Shown: positions 28,282-42,368 of the stretch, in pieces
Layout of the letters: the number at the start of each line of letters is the position of its first letter
Numbering within the stretch: position 1 is the stretch's first letter
Origin: Eledone cirrhosa
Taxonomy: Eukaryota
Direction: 5' to 3'
DNA length: 64,000 nucleotides
Assembly (NCBI GenBank): GCA_964016885.1
Contig: OZ024760.1
Coordinates: forward strand, 13,702,001-13,766,000
Translations under genes and position numbers: made by a program
The notes under the pieces: model-generated
Told to the model about the DNA's origin: nothing
Seen by the model: only the letters and a program-made list of their open reading frames with translations
Databases searched by the model: none

Positions 28282-31200
28282 CACTGCTGCAAAGTTCTTG
28301 TTGTTGTCATGATTTACTTATTTTGTTTTACTTACACTTGAACTATCATTTTCCACCCATTATCGTTTGTGTTTTTCTTGTTTTGTTTGTGGGTTTTTAC
28401 TTTTTATTTCCCTGTTAAAAAAAAAATTAAATTCTGCTTTTCATTTTTATTTTTATTATTTTCATATTATTATTATTTTTTATTATTTTATATTTATTTT
28501 TATTATTTTTATATTATTATTATTTTCATTTTTTTTTTTTCTTGGTATATTCTATTAGTAGTACCCCCAGTATCAAATATAGACAAACGGTAAGTTGTGA
28601 GACTTGCATCTTCATCCCCCGGCCCACCTTAATTATCTCATTAGATGCTGCAGTATTGTTAACCCCTAAAATTCCTGCCTTTTCTGCTAGTAATTAGCTT
28701 CCGATTAATCAATGAAGAGCCTTTGATGATAATGACTTTTAATAATTACCTGTAACCCTATCCTAACTACCACCTTTCTATCATAAAGAATTTATATATA
28801 TATTTTTTTTTTAATAATTATTATTAGTCATGTCTTTTAGTTCCGGTTCTTTGCTTCTTTCACAATACAGATAAACACATTTTTAACATTTTTGTTTTAA
28901 AAAAATAATGAAAGAGATAGAAAATAGCTTCATTTGAAGGTTGCTACAGTGCAAATGGGACATATTTTTTAAAATATGACAACAAATTTGTTGGAATGTT
29001 ACCTTGTTGTTTAATGGTCCTTAATATTTGGGGATAAAATTACTTCATAAAAAAGTTAATTGAGGGAACTTATTCAGAAGAGGATTTATCATGTGTCACT
29101 CTTATGCTGCCATGGAGGGATTTTATCCTGAAATAGGACCCTTAAACTACCCCACAGTAACATCTCAACATTTTTCATTTTCATTGTGGTAAGCTTCTAA
29201 TATTTTCTACCCTTTACACAATGCTTCAAGCAAACAACAGTCCCTTCCCCTCCTCTTAATAAAAGAGATAATATTATTAGCAATGGTAGTGTTAATTGTT
29301 TGTTAGTAGTAATTATTAACGACTAAACCAAATGGATTGTATTTCTAACTTAACCAAGTTAACTTTCAGGGTTTGGATTGTACACTTGTTTTGGCAGAAG
29401 TGGTTGGATCTGAGGCCACATCTTTTGGGCCTGAAATAATTACATCATGGATTACATCATGGAAGAGTTATTTTAGCCATTTATGAACACACACACCCAC
29501 GCACACACGCATGCACACACACACACACACAGCAGCTGTTGTTATTTCTTTGTTTTTATTTCTTATGTGACTCCTTCCCTCTGCTCCTGTCAATCCACCA
29601 CAGACATTGTCTTCTTCCAATTCTCATGCCTCAGTCCCTGGTGGTTTAGTCCTCCATGACTGGCTGGCTGATATTCTAATGAGATGGCGTAACTCTTGGT
29701 TGTGCTTGTTGTTCAACCAGAGCCAATCTCATTTCACAGGATAATTGTCTGAAATAGCTCAGGGGACTTGACTCTATCATGTTATTTCTACATTATGTTG
29801 TGCAGAAATGGCTGATGATGGCTGTTGTTTAGTTCATCAATGAATTAATTATCATCGTTGATTGTCAGAATCGTTAGAGTGGCTAACAGAATAACTTGCA
29901 AATATTAAAATTTATTATAACCCTTTGTATTTTAAGGTCAATTTTACCTTCTATTCTTTCATCCTTCGGCCAAATAAAGTACCAGTCACATATTGGGGTT
30001 GATTTAATCGACTTTCCCCTCCCCTCCCCTCTAAAATTATTGTCCTTGTGTGTAAATCAGAAACCATTGGTGGATTGGCAGTATCGGTAGAGGGTTGGAC
30101 GCCATGCTTTCCAGCATAGTTATGCCTTCACGGTCTGGGTTCAAATCCCGTCGAGATTAACTTTGCCTTTCATCCTTACGTGGTTGATAAAATAAAGTAC
30201 CAGTAATGTACTGGGTAATTGCTGGCCTTGTGCCAAAAGTAGAAACAATTATTATTATAGTTATATGAGGCGGTGGCTTGGCAGAATTGTTAGAGCATCG
30301 GACAAATGCTTTGCAGTATTTGTTCTGGTTCTTGATGTTCTAGGTTCAAAATGCTGCTGAGATCAATTTTGCTTTTTATCCTTTCCAGGTTGGTAAAATA
30401 GTGCCGGTATGATGCTGTTGCCAATAAAACACATGTACTTGCTGAATTTTATTATTAGTTAGGTAACTAAGCCATTCCTCAATTAGTTTAGTAACCATAT
30501 AGTTATGTATGTACAATATGACTCTCCCAAAGTATAACCATTTTGTTTTAGCATCCAAGGAGTAGTTAGCCTCTCTGAAGACAGTTAAAGAACCAGAAAC
30601 GGTGCAGTCAGAGTGCTCTCCATTGGTTGCTAAAAACTAGTTAGGGGTGAATTAATCCTCCCTTCTAAAATTCATAAGCTTATAAAAAATTTTATTTGCA
30701 TGACATGAACATTTCATATATGATTTAATATACAACCCCAGTTATTCATCAACCTTATCATAGTTTAGATGAATATAAACACTTCAAAATAAACAGTTTC
30801 ATATAATAGAACCAACCATGGACAGTTAGGTATCTAAAATGTTAGCCACACCTCTAGGCCATGCTTGCACCTATAATTTTCATGGAAATCAGAATATTCA
30901 ATTAATGGATGCCATGTGTTTCCCAGTTTTTAGAATCAATACACAATATCCGTGTGTGTTGTGAGAGGCATCTAAAAGTGTTGATGTCAGGAAACACATC
31001 CGGATCAAAACATATGCCAGCCGACCCATGACAACGATGATGATGATGATAGATGAGCTGAAAAATGATTTCTAAATGAGACACAAGGCCAGCAATTTGT
31101 GGGAAAGAGAAAGTTGATTATATCATCCCCCAGTACTTTACTGGTACTTTATTTTATCGACCCCGAGAAGAATAAAAAGCAAAGTTGACCTTGGTGAGAT

Positions 31201-33220
31201 TTGAAGCCAGACCATAAAGTGTTGTGATTGTTGCAAAGCATGTTGTCCAAAGCTCTACCGATTCTGCCAATCTGTCACCCCGATGAGATGGAAAAATGGG
31301 ATTATTATTCAACTATTTTCTGTCTTGAAGGTCACTTTTTTTGTTTGTTTGTTTTTTTGTCTTAACTCTTCCTGGACCCAACCACGCCCCACCCCCTCCT
31401 GGACCTAACCACACTCCCCCTCCTCCTGGACCCAACCAAACCCCCCTTCCCCTGGACCCAACCAAACCCCCTTTCCACTGGACCCAACCACACACCCCTC
31501 CTTTATTATTTTCTCTATCAACATTGAGTTTAGTAAGCATAGACACACATCCATACATACACATACACACATCTATACACACTTACATACACGCATACAT
31601 TTACACATACACACACACACACACAGTTTGCCAAGATCAATATCGAGGTGGTGGAGAGGGAGGATTTCAGATTCTCAGCTGACAGATTTTTCTTCTCTTT
31701 CTCCAACTTAAGTAAATATCTTGTCATGAGGGATTACATAGGAATGTCTAGCTGTGCCAGGGTTTATCAAAATATTTTCCTTTGCTTCCTCCTACACCCC
31801 CCCCCCCCCCCCCCAGTTTCTCATCACACTCCATTCAGTACAGAGTTTATTATTATTATTACGTAGAGGGCAAGTTAGATTTCATTAGTTAGTTAGCCCT
31901 CACATGCACACATGCACACACACACACCTATATCTACCTAACTGCCAAGATCAATATCATATATTGAACAGAAGAAACCTTAAACTAATTCCCAGCTGAC
32001 ACTGAATTTTCTTCTGTTGTTTAACTCTCACTTAACACTTGAAATACACATATATATACACACATACTCTCTCTCTCTCTCTGTCATCATTGTAATTGTT
32101 GTCATCGTTGTCCTCATCTGCTTCCCATGTCAGCATGGGTTTGACAGGTCATTATAGTTTGAGCCTTGACAGTTGAGAGAACCACATCTCACACTTCACT
32201 CATATGTTCCATTTTTAAATTTTGTTTTCAAGTGATATGCTCTTCCTAACACCTACCATTTTACAGTGTGTACTGGGCATATATATCATAATACCAGCAG
32301 CAGCAGATATGCCTATGTGTCTTCTTCTTTGATCACTTATTCCTGGGATAGTTGCAGGGGCAGAGTCCTCAAGTACTTCTACCAGTGGGTTCTGTCAGAA
32401 ATAACCAATTGATCTGGCTGGATCCCCAAGTGAGACCAACTAAGATATGCCAATATGTGTTATTTAATTTTGAAAATAATTAACAATTTGAAGAAATTTA
32501 ATGAAATAATTATTATCTTTGTTATTAAGTTCAAATCCTGCCAAAGTTAGCTTTGCCTTTCATCCTTATGGGGTTGATCAAATAAAGTACCAGTAATCCA
32601 GCACCATACCAATACTGCCAGTCCACCACCCTAATAATAACAACAACAGCAATAAACAAACTAGTAAACCTACACAGAGCCGGCAGTAAAGTACAACAGC
32701 TAACAATGAATATTTGTGGGGGGGGGAGAGGGTGAAGGGTGAAAAATATATATTTGTGTGGGTGGTGTGGGAGATGGATGGGTGTGTTTGGTGAGAAATA
32801 TGTTTCTATAGTTGGTGTGAGGGAGGATGTGTGTGTGTAGACGGTGGTTAGGTGAAAAATATATTTCTTTCTGTGAGTGGGGTAGGAGAGATATGAGGGG
32901 AGTGTGTATGGGAAGGATGTCGGGGGGGGGGGGGGGGGGGAGTTTGGGTGTTTCTAACAAGATACCTGTAACTGATTATCTCTTCTTTCTGAAACATAAA
33001 CATACACATATACACACACATTGCACACGCATCGCATACACATATACACATGCATCGCACACATCACATACACACATTAGCATCAGTAAACCTAAATACC
33101 TTTACATTCCTGCTGCAGTAAAATTACTATTTACACCAACGAAAGTGATTTTAGTTTTGCAGTTTATGTAATTGAAACATTAACTCTATCTACTTACAAC
33201 ATAGTAGTAGTGTTGGTTGG

Positions 33221-33252
<32 letters not shown>

Positions 33253-33306
33253 CGTTTCTGAATATATAAAGTATAACAATATATATATATATATATATAC
33301 ATACAT

Positions 33307-33348
<42 letters not shown>

Positions 33349-33365
33349 ATACATGTATAAATATA

Positions 33366-33434
<69 letters not shown>

Positions 33435-33904
33435 TGTGTATATATATATATATATGCACACACATATATACACATATATATATATACACACATATATATA
33501 AACACACACATATATATATATATACACACACATATATATATATATACACACACTTATATATATATATACACACACACATATATATGTACATATATATATA
33601 CATATATGTACATATATATATACACATATATATATAATAATAATAATGAAATTATTGTGTACAGTGGTCAGGTGCACTACAACTCATCAAAGGTGCATGT
33701 ATAGTACATAGAATAATGTACAAATGACAGGAAAATGAACAGTGTACGAGTCATGAAATACATGTGTGCGTGTGTATGGAAGGGGGACATCAGGTGTAGT
33801 GTTGGCAAATCTCAGGAGCATGGAGGTTTTAAAGGATGCAGTGTCTCGACAGCTAATAACTGATGCAGGTAGTTTGTTCCATGCTTCAGCAACTCTGAGC
33901 GTGA

Positions 33905-33957
<53 letters not shown>

Positions 33958-34219
33958 CATATATATATATACATACATATATATATATATACATACATAT
34001 ATATATATACATACATATATATATATACATACATATATATATATATACATACATATATATATGTATACATTTATATACATATATGTATACATATATATAT
34101 ATATATACATACATATATATATGTATACATTTATATACATATATGTATACATATATATATATACATACATATATATATCTATATATATATATATGTATAC
34201 ATATATATATACATATATA

Positions 34220-34283
<64 letters not shown>

Positions 34284-34804
34284 TGTATACATATATGTAT
34301 ACATATATGTATACATATATATATATGTATACATATATATATACATATATGTATACATATATGTATACATATATGTATACATATATATATACATATATGT
34401 ATACATATATGTATACATATATGTATACATATATATATACATATATGTATACATATATGTATACATATATGTATACATATATGTATACATATATATATAC
34501 ATATATGTATACATATATATATACATATATGTATACATATATGTATACATATATATACATATATGTATACATATATATGTATACATATATATATATATGT
34601 ATACATCTATATATATATATATACATATGTATATATATATATATATGTATACATATGTATATATATATATATATATGTATACATATGTATATATATATAT
34701 ATATGTATACATGTATACATATGTATATATATACATGTATACATATGTATATATATACATATGTATACATATGTATATATATATATATATATACATATGT
34801 ATAC

Positions 34805-34862
<58 letters not shown>

Positions 34863-34894
34863 ACATATGTATATATATATAAATACATGTATAC

Positions 34895-34948
<54 letters not shown>

Positions 34949-37900
34949 ACATATGTATATATATATATATATACATGTATACATATGTGTATATATATAT
35001 ATATATATACATGTATACATATGTATATATATATATATATATATACATGTATACATATGTATACATATGTATATATATATATATAATGTGAATGTGTGTG
35101 TGCACATATATATGTTTGAAACTAATGTCTTTGTTAATGCATCCTCTTGGTTCATTTTTTTTTTTTTTATATATATCTATATATGTGTGTCTGTATGTAT
35201 ATATATATATATAGGAGAAAGAATGACCCTAACGGCAGAGCTCAAGCCGTTTCAACAGCTCTGTCATCGGGGTCATACTTCTTTCTCCTATTACCCACTT
35301 TACTACCCTAAGTATTGAGTACTCTGGTGCATTATGGTCCATCTGGTTCCTTACCACAACTCCTTCGTTATATATATATAGTTATGTAATAAACAACATA
35401 AGGCAATTATCTGCCTTATGTTGTTATTACATAACTATTAAGCTCTGTAACCTACATAGAGCACTCTTTTTTCCTGGACCTTTCCGACGGAATTACTTCA
35501 TTCACACACATATATATATACTGGTTTTATTTATTTTATTTCATTGGTTTCAGTCATTAGACTTTGAACATGTGTGAGGGGGAGTTGTGTGTGTATGTGT
35601 ATGCAAGAGTGTGTGTGTGGTTCCAAACATTGCATGTGTTGTTTACCTTGTATAACTAACATTTATCAGGTTTATTTAATCAGTAGATGACACGTTTCCA
35701 AACCTAATTAACTGGCTCTATATAATTAAGATTTTGCTTGTTCATTTTAAATGGCTTCACTAAATTATTCATTTAGACAGTATAAAGATTGTCATTTGAT
35801 TTTTTTCTATTTTTCAAACATTGTAATTAAAAATATTTGAATTTTTTAATTTTTCCTTTTTTTATTTTTATTTCAAAGTAATTTCAATTTTTCATTTATA
35901 AAGAAAAAAATGTATTTTCATATTTGTAACACAATATATACTGGGAGAAGACATACATGTATCAACTCAAATATATATATAAATATATAATATAGAAATT
36001 ATTTCTATAGGACTAGAACTGTTTCATTCATTTAAAATCATCAGGAATTAAACTGTTCTAATCCTGTATAATTTCTATATGAAATAAATGTGTATCTCAT
36101 CTACTAATGTATTGAGTACCTTGTTTAACTGTGGTTCCCTTCCATTTCTCTTTGGAAAACCATTATTAATTATACATATATATTCTAAGTAGGAAAGTAG
36201 CTGTGACATCAAACTTTCATTTCAGTCATTGCCACTTTTCTAAGAAAATATATTTCTACACTCTACCCTCCAGCATTCATTTAATGTTTGAATGTTTAAA
36301 ACACACACACACACCCACACACACACACACAGAAATTGATTTGACCACTCACTGTGTGGAATCACACCTTTAATTCCAGCATCAAAATTCATATTCTGCT
36401 CATGAATTAAGTTTTCTTTCTTATGAATGTACCCATTACTATTACTGTTGTTGTTATTATTATTATCATTATATACACACTCTTCATTTAAATGATTAAT
36501 TAATTTGGAGTGTGGTGCTCCATTGAAATGTATATAAAAAATTAGCATCCTGTCTTAGTAATTACACAGGCGCATATATATATATACACACATATACTCT
36601 ACTTTCCCAAGTGTTGAGTACTTACTAGTCTAAACTGGTAATTCCCAATATTTGTCTCAATATGCATTGGCGTGAACAGTATCAACCTTAATGGACTGAA
36701 ACTGTAATGATTTCCAGAGGTTGATTGAGGAGATGGGGCTGTCCATCTTTCCATAGACTTTTTCATTGTCTTTGTCCTGTGCACCTCCTATTTTGAATAT
36801 ATATATATATATCATATATATATATAATATATATATATATATCATATATATATATCATATATATATATCATATATATATATCATATATATATATCATATA
36901 TATATATATCATATATATATCATATATATATCATATATATATATATATATATATATCATATATATATATATATATCATATATATATATATATATCATATA
37001 TATATATATATATCATATATATATATCATATATATATCATATATATCACGATACATTAACGGAGCTATAGACTCTCGTCATTCCCTGTAAATAAAGTGCT
37101 CAAAGGAGAGGAAATCCTGAGTTCTTTAAAATACAATATGTTGAAAAGGTAACACACTAGAGAGATACAGTGCGCCATCAATAAAACAGGGAAAAACCAC
37201 CAGTGTATGGAATCTATAACCTATGAAAGGCAGAGTATACACATGATAATTAAAAATATAAATTAAAGCGTAAATAAATACCTCTATAACTATATATAGT
37301 AATTAATTGGCAATGGGTATCGTAGCTGGTTATTTGGCCGAGTTATATAAAGAAAACGACAACATAAGTTTAACTAATGTATTGTTACGCGATGGGGCCC
37401 ACCCACAGCCTCGACGGACAGAATGGAGAAGGCGTTTCCCCGGAGGACGGCAAGGGAGACGCGCTGGAAAAGCCACTCCAACTCGCGGGGCTCACACCTG
37501 CGGTTGGCCAGCTCAGCGCCTATGGTGGTGAGTAAGGAGGTAACCCTGGGGCCGAGGACACCAGAAGTCTCCACTGCCAGGGGAACGACCGCAAACCTGT
37601 TGGAGAGCGACCGGTATTTGAGGATTTTGGCCCCCTCAGCCCGACACGCAGCAGAACCTGGGTCAGTCGCAGACTGCACCAGGTTGCGGCTGCAGAAAGT
37701 GTCGGTGCAAGTGGCATCCCAGATGAAGGGTTTGCCACCGCAGAACGGGAAGATGGTCATGCCATCTGGCCTTTTGCCGTCCCCTCGATCCAGCCCCACC
37801 AGCTCGAGCTGGGAAGGGAAGCCTGCAGCGTCCAAGCTATGCTTAATGACCTCATTGAGGGCAGCATGGCGTGGAATGTGGCCAGCACTGTGGCGACAGG

Positions 37901-40900
37901 AAAGCAGGTGGAGGCCGAAAGAGTCCACGGTGGAACCGCAGAGACATTGGTGTGGCTGGCAGATCCGGAGGCCGAGCCTAAGGGAAACGCCGATGCGCAG
38001 GCTACGGTTGTCTAGCTGCGTGCCACTGGAGAAGGAGGGCAGGGCATGGAGCCAGGCACCACTGTGGGGTTTGGAGGCCGCACGAAAACAAGCAAGGCGG
38101 TGCTGGTCTAGCTGGTGCATGAGCCTCTCTGAGGCCAGGCTGCACTGGATGGCATCCCACGAGGGGCCGTGATATATAGTTATAGAGGTATTTATTTACG
38201 CTTTAATTTATATTTTTAACAATCGTGTTTATACTCTGCCTTTCATAGGTTATAGATTCCATACATTGGTGGTTTTTCCGTTTTATTGATAGCACACTGT
38301 ATCTCTCTCTAGTGTGTTACCTTTTCAACATATTATATCATATATATATATATATCATATATGATATATATGTATATATATATATATCATATATATATAT
38401 ATCATATATATATATATATATATATATCATATATATATATCATATATCATATATATATATATATCATATATCATATATATATATATCATATATATATATA
38501 TATATATATCATATATATATATCATATATGTATATATATATATCATATATATATATATCATATATGTATATATGTATATATATATATATATCATATATGT
38601 ATATATATATATCATATATGTATATATATATATATCATATATGTATATATGTGTATATATATATATCATATATGTATATATGATATATATATATACACAT
38701 ATATACATATATGATATATATATATACACATATATACATATATGATATATATATATATACATATATACATATATGATATATATATATATACATATATACA
38801 TATATGATATATATATATATATATGTATATACATATATATATCATATATGTATATATGTATATATATATATATATCATATATGTATATATATATCATATA
38901 TGTATATATATATATATGTATATATGTATATATATATCATATATGTATATATATATATATGTATATATGTATATATATATATCATATATATATCATATAT
39001 GTATATATGTATATATATATATATCATATATGTATATATATATCATATATGTATATATATATATCATATATGTATATATATATATATCATATATGTATAT
39101 ATATATCATATATGTATATATGTATATATACATATATCATATATATATCATATATGTATATATGTATATATATATATATCATATATGTATATATATATCA
39201 TATATGTATATATGTATATCATATATATAAATGTATGTGTGTATATATGTTACAATTTGGAGTGCAGTCAGCTTTCCAATATATTTCTATGATATGAAAT
39301 GTAAATATAAGTTCAACAGTCATCAGCTGTTGTTGTTTTTTCCATGAGTCTCTCTTTTACATGTCCATTTACTTATTTAGTATTTTTTTAAATGTTATTT
39401 TGTTTTATTTTACAGTGGTGTTGTCGACAATATCAAAGGGGCAAAAGAGTAAGTATATGAACCCTTTCTATAACAACACTCGTTATTGACCCTTGTTTAA
39501 CTTTTCTCTCTTAGCCTCTCTATCAACATCGCCGCCGCCACCACCACCATCTCTATCACCATCGCTATTATTATCACCATCATCACTGTGTAACGTTTAT
39601 TTTCCATGCTTACATTTGTTAGATGGGTTGTCATTTTCTGAGGCTTGACTTGTTAGCCGACCATGTATATCTTCCTTAAATTCTTCACGTTTGAATTGGT
39701 TTTCTGTGACTGGATGCCCTTGTTAATGCTGACCACTTTACAGCAGGTACTGGGGATATTTTATCTTTACTCTGGCACTATCATCTTACCAAGTGTGGAC
39801 TGAGTCCTTTTTATCATTGCACCAGCACTACCACCTCAAATGAGGATAATGTTGGTACTATTGTTGTGGTACCGCCACTACTACCTTACATTGTGGACCA
39901 GGTGCTTTTTGCCGTGGCACCAGCACTACTACTTTACAGATTGGACTGGGTGTTTTTTTTGTCAAAGCACTAACACCTCATATCATAGACTGGGTGCATT
40001 TTGTCATGGCATCAACATTACTGCTCAACAGTGTGGGCTAGATGCTTTTGTCATGGCACCAGCACTGTCACTTTTAAGGGTGGACTGTGTGTATTTTGTC
40101 CTGCATCAGCCCTATCACTTTACAGGGTGATGTAAAGGAAGTAATTTAAAAAAAGGAGGATACTATCTAAAAAAGAGGAGATGAATTTTGCACTATAGCT
40201 TTTGTGCTAATGGCATTATGATGATGTTGGTGATGGTAATTTAATATAATTGTTTTTTTTTTGTCTTTTGCAGGACATTAGTATCAAAGCCCCGAGAATT
40301 TGCTCATTTAATAAAGAACCGCTTTGGAAGTGCTGATAATATCAGCCAACTTGGTAAGTCTTATGTTTACCTCCATTTCTCCTCTACGTCTGTGGATTCT
40401 GCTGAGAAATATTTCCAAAGAAATCAACTCTAAACATGGCTAGAGCAACAATTAATTTCTTTATTTTTTTATTTTTATTTTGTTTAGTCATGAGGGTGGA
40501 TGGGTGGGTGGCTTGGGGGTGGCAGTCACCCTTCTTGACCTTTTTGAGTCTTGGACTGAATACTTGCTGGAAATAGAATGAACTTCATTGAAAATACCTA
40601 AAGACCAGCTAATTGGGGTGGTGGTGGTGTTAAACCAAATGACAGATTAAGTCTACCACCCAAAGAATAGACATGTCAATATTTTTGGTGATTACATTAG
40701 AGGAAATTTTTCTGGTTTCTTTCTTATATTTTCTTTTGTTTATATAAAAGGTATCCTGCCAGCTACAGTGTATTGGGTCCTATCGAAAACAACAAAAAGC
40801 AATTATATATATATATATTTAAAATGTGTGTATCTCCAGGGGTACTTTATCTGATTTTCTGAACTGTTATTTATAATGATCAACTATTATTTTGGTTATT

Positions 40901-41643
40901 TTCATTGGGATGCACACCTTTCAAATTTCCCCACTGTTTATATATATATATATTTAATTTTATTTTGTGTTTTTTCTTCAGTTTTCCTTTTATAGTTTAA
41001 GGGTTTTTTCTCTTTATTTTGTGACTTAACTCTTAACAGATGTACAGTAACAGTGTTTAACATGTTAACTGTTAACAGATGTATCATTATAGTTTGTTTT
41101 CTTTTTTTTTTTCTTTTTTTTTTTTGACACCATCAAATTTTAGCATAATGAATATTCCACACACCTCATCATCATTATTATTGTCATCATTGTTTTTTGT
41201 CCGTTTTCCATGTTGGCATGAGTTCTCTTTCCAGCATACCTTCTTTCCACTTGTCTCATCCCATTTCCATCTTCTTCATGAAGTTCAGTATCCTGAGATC
41301 TGCACTCCCCACATTTGTCTAAGTCTTCTTTGGTAATCCTCTACAACATCTCCTCTCCATTCAGAACTTCACTGGTATTTCTTCACCCAATTATTATCAT
41401 CATCATCCATCCATATATATATTTGGGCTTCATTTCTGTGGCTGGATGTCTTCTCTAAAGCAAACCACTTTACCGCACATACTGGGAGCATTTTTTCATT
41501 AACCCAGAACTACCACCTAACAGGGTGGACTGGGTGCTTTTTATTGTGGCACCAGAACTACCACATTATGGTGTGTTCTGGGAGCATTTTATCATGGTAA
41601 CAGTACTACCACTTTACAGAGTAGGCTGGGTGCATTTTCTCAT

Positions 41644-41711
<68 letters not shown>

Positions 41712-42337
41712 CACATACGATGAACTTCTGCAATTTCTGTTCACAAAGCATTGGTTATAGTAAAAGACACTTGCCCAAGGGGCCGCTCCATGGGACTGAA
41801 CCCAGAATCACACATACACACTCACACAGTTGTTTATTTCTGTTGTTTTGATATAGTTTATGTCATTAGTTGTGCATGAAATTGTTCCTGGACATTTTGT
41901 TTTGCTTATATTTCTGCTGAAGCATGTTTTGTATGGAATAACATTCCCCTCCCTCTCTCTACTGAAGGATGTTTCCTATCATATAACCCCTTTTTCTCTC
42001 CAAAAGGATGATCTCTATGGAATAACTCTCTCTCTCTCTCTCTTGATGTGTGATTTCTTTGGAATAACTACGGTATAACTCTTTTTTTCTCTCCCTCTCT
42101 CTCCCTACTGATGGTTGATATCTTTGGAATAATCCTATGGAATAATTCTCTCTCTCTCTCTAAGGATGTCTTCTAAAAAATATCTGCTATCATACCTTCA
42201 TTCTTTTTTTTTGCTTTCTTTCTATCTCTTGCACAATGTTTTCTATGGAATAATCCTATCTCTCTCTCTATCTATCTCTTCTATCACTCTCTCCACCACA
42301 CCCATATCTCTACTCTCTATACTAATTCTCTCTCTCC

Positions 42338-42368
<31 letters not shown>

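Noticed and set aside
33190-35318. Long ORFs of up to 441 aa rich in Y/I/C/M/T/H
   Set aside because: They are translations of (TA)n-type microsatellites, which lack stop codons. The same applies to 36766-37059 and 38312-39297.
37423-38172. 249-aa plus-strand ORF
   Set aside because: It is the antisense shadow of the GC-rich CRE ORF and has no recognisable motifs.
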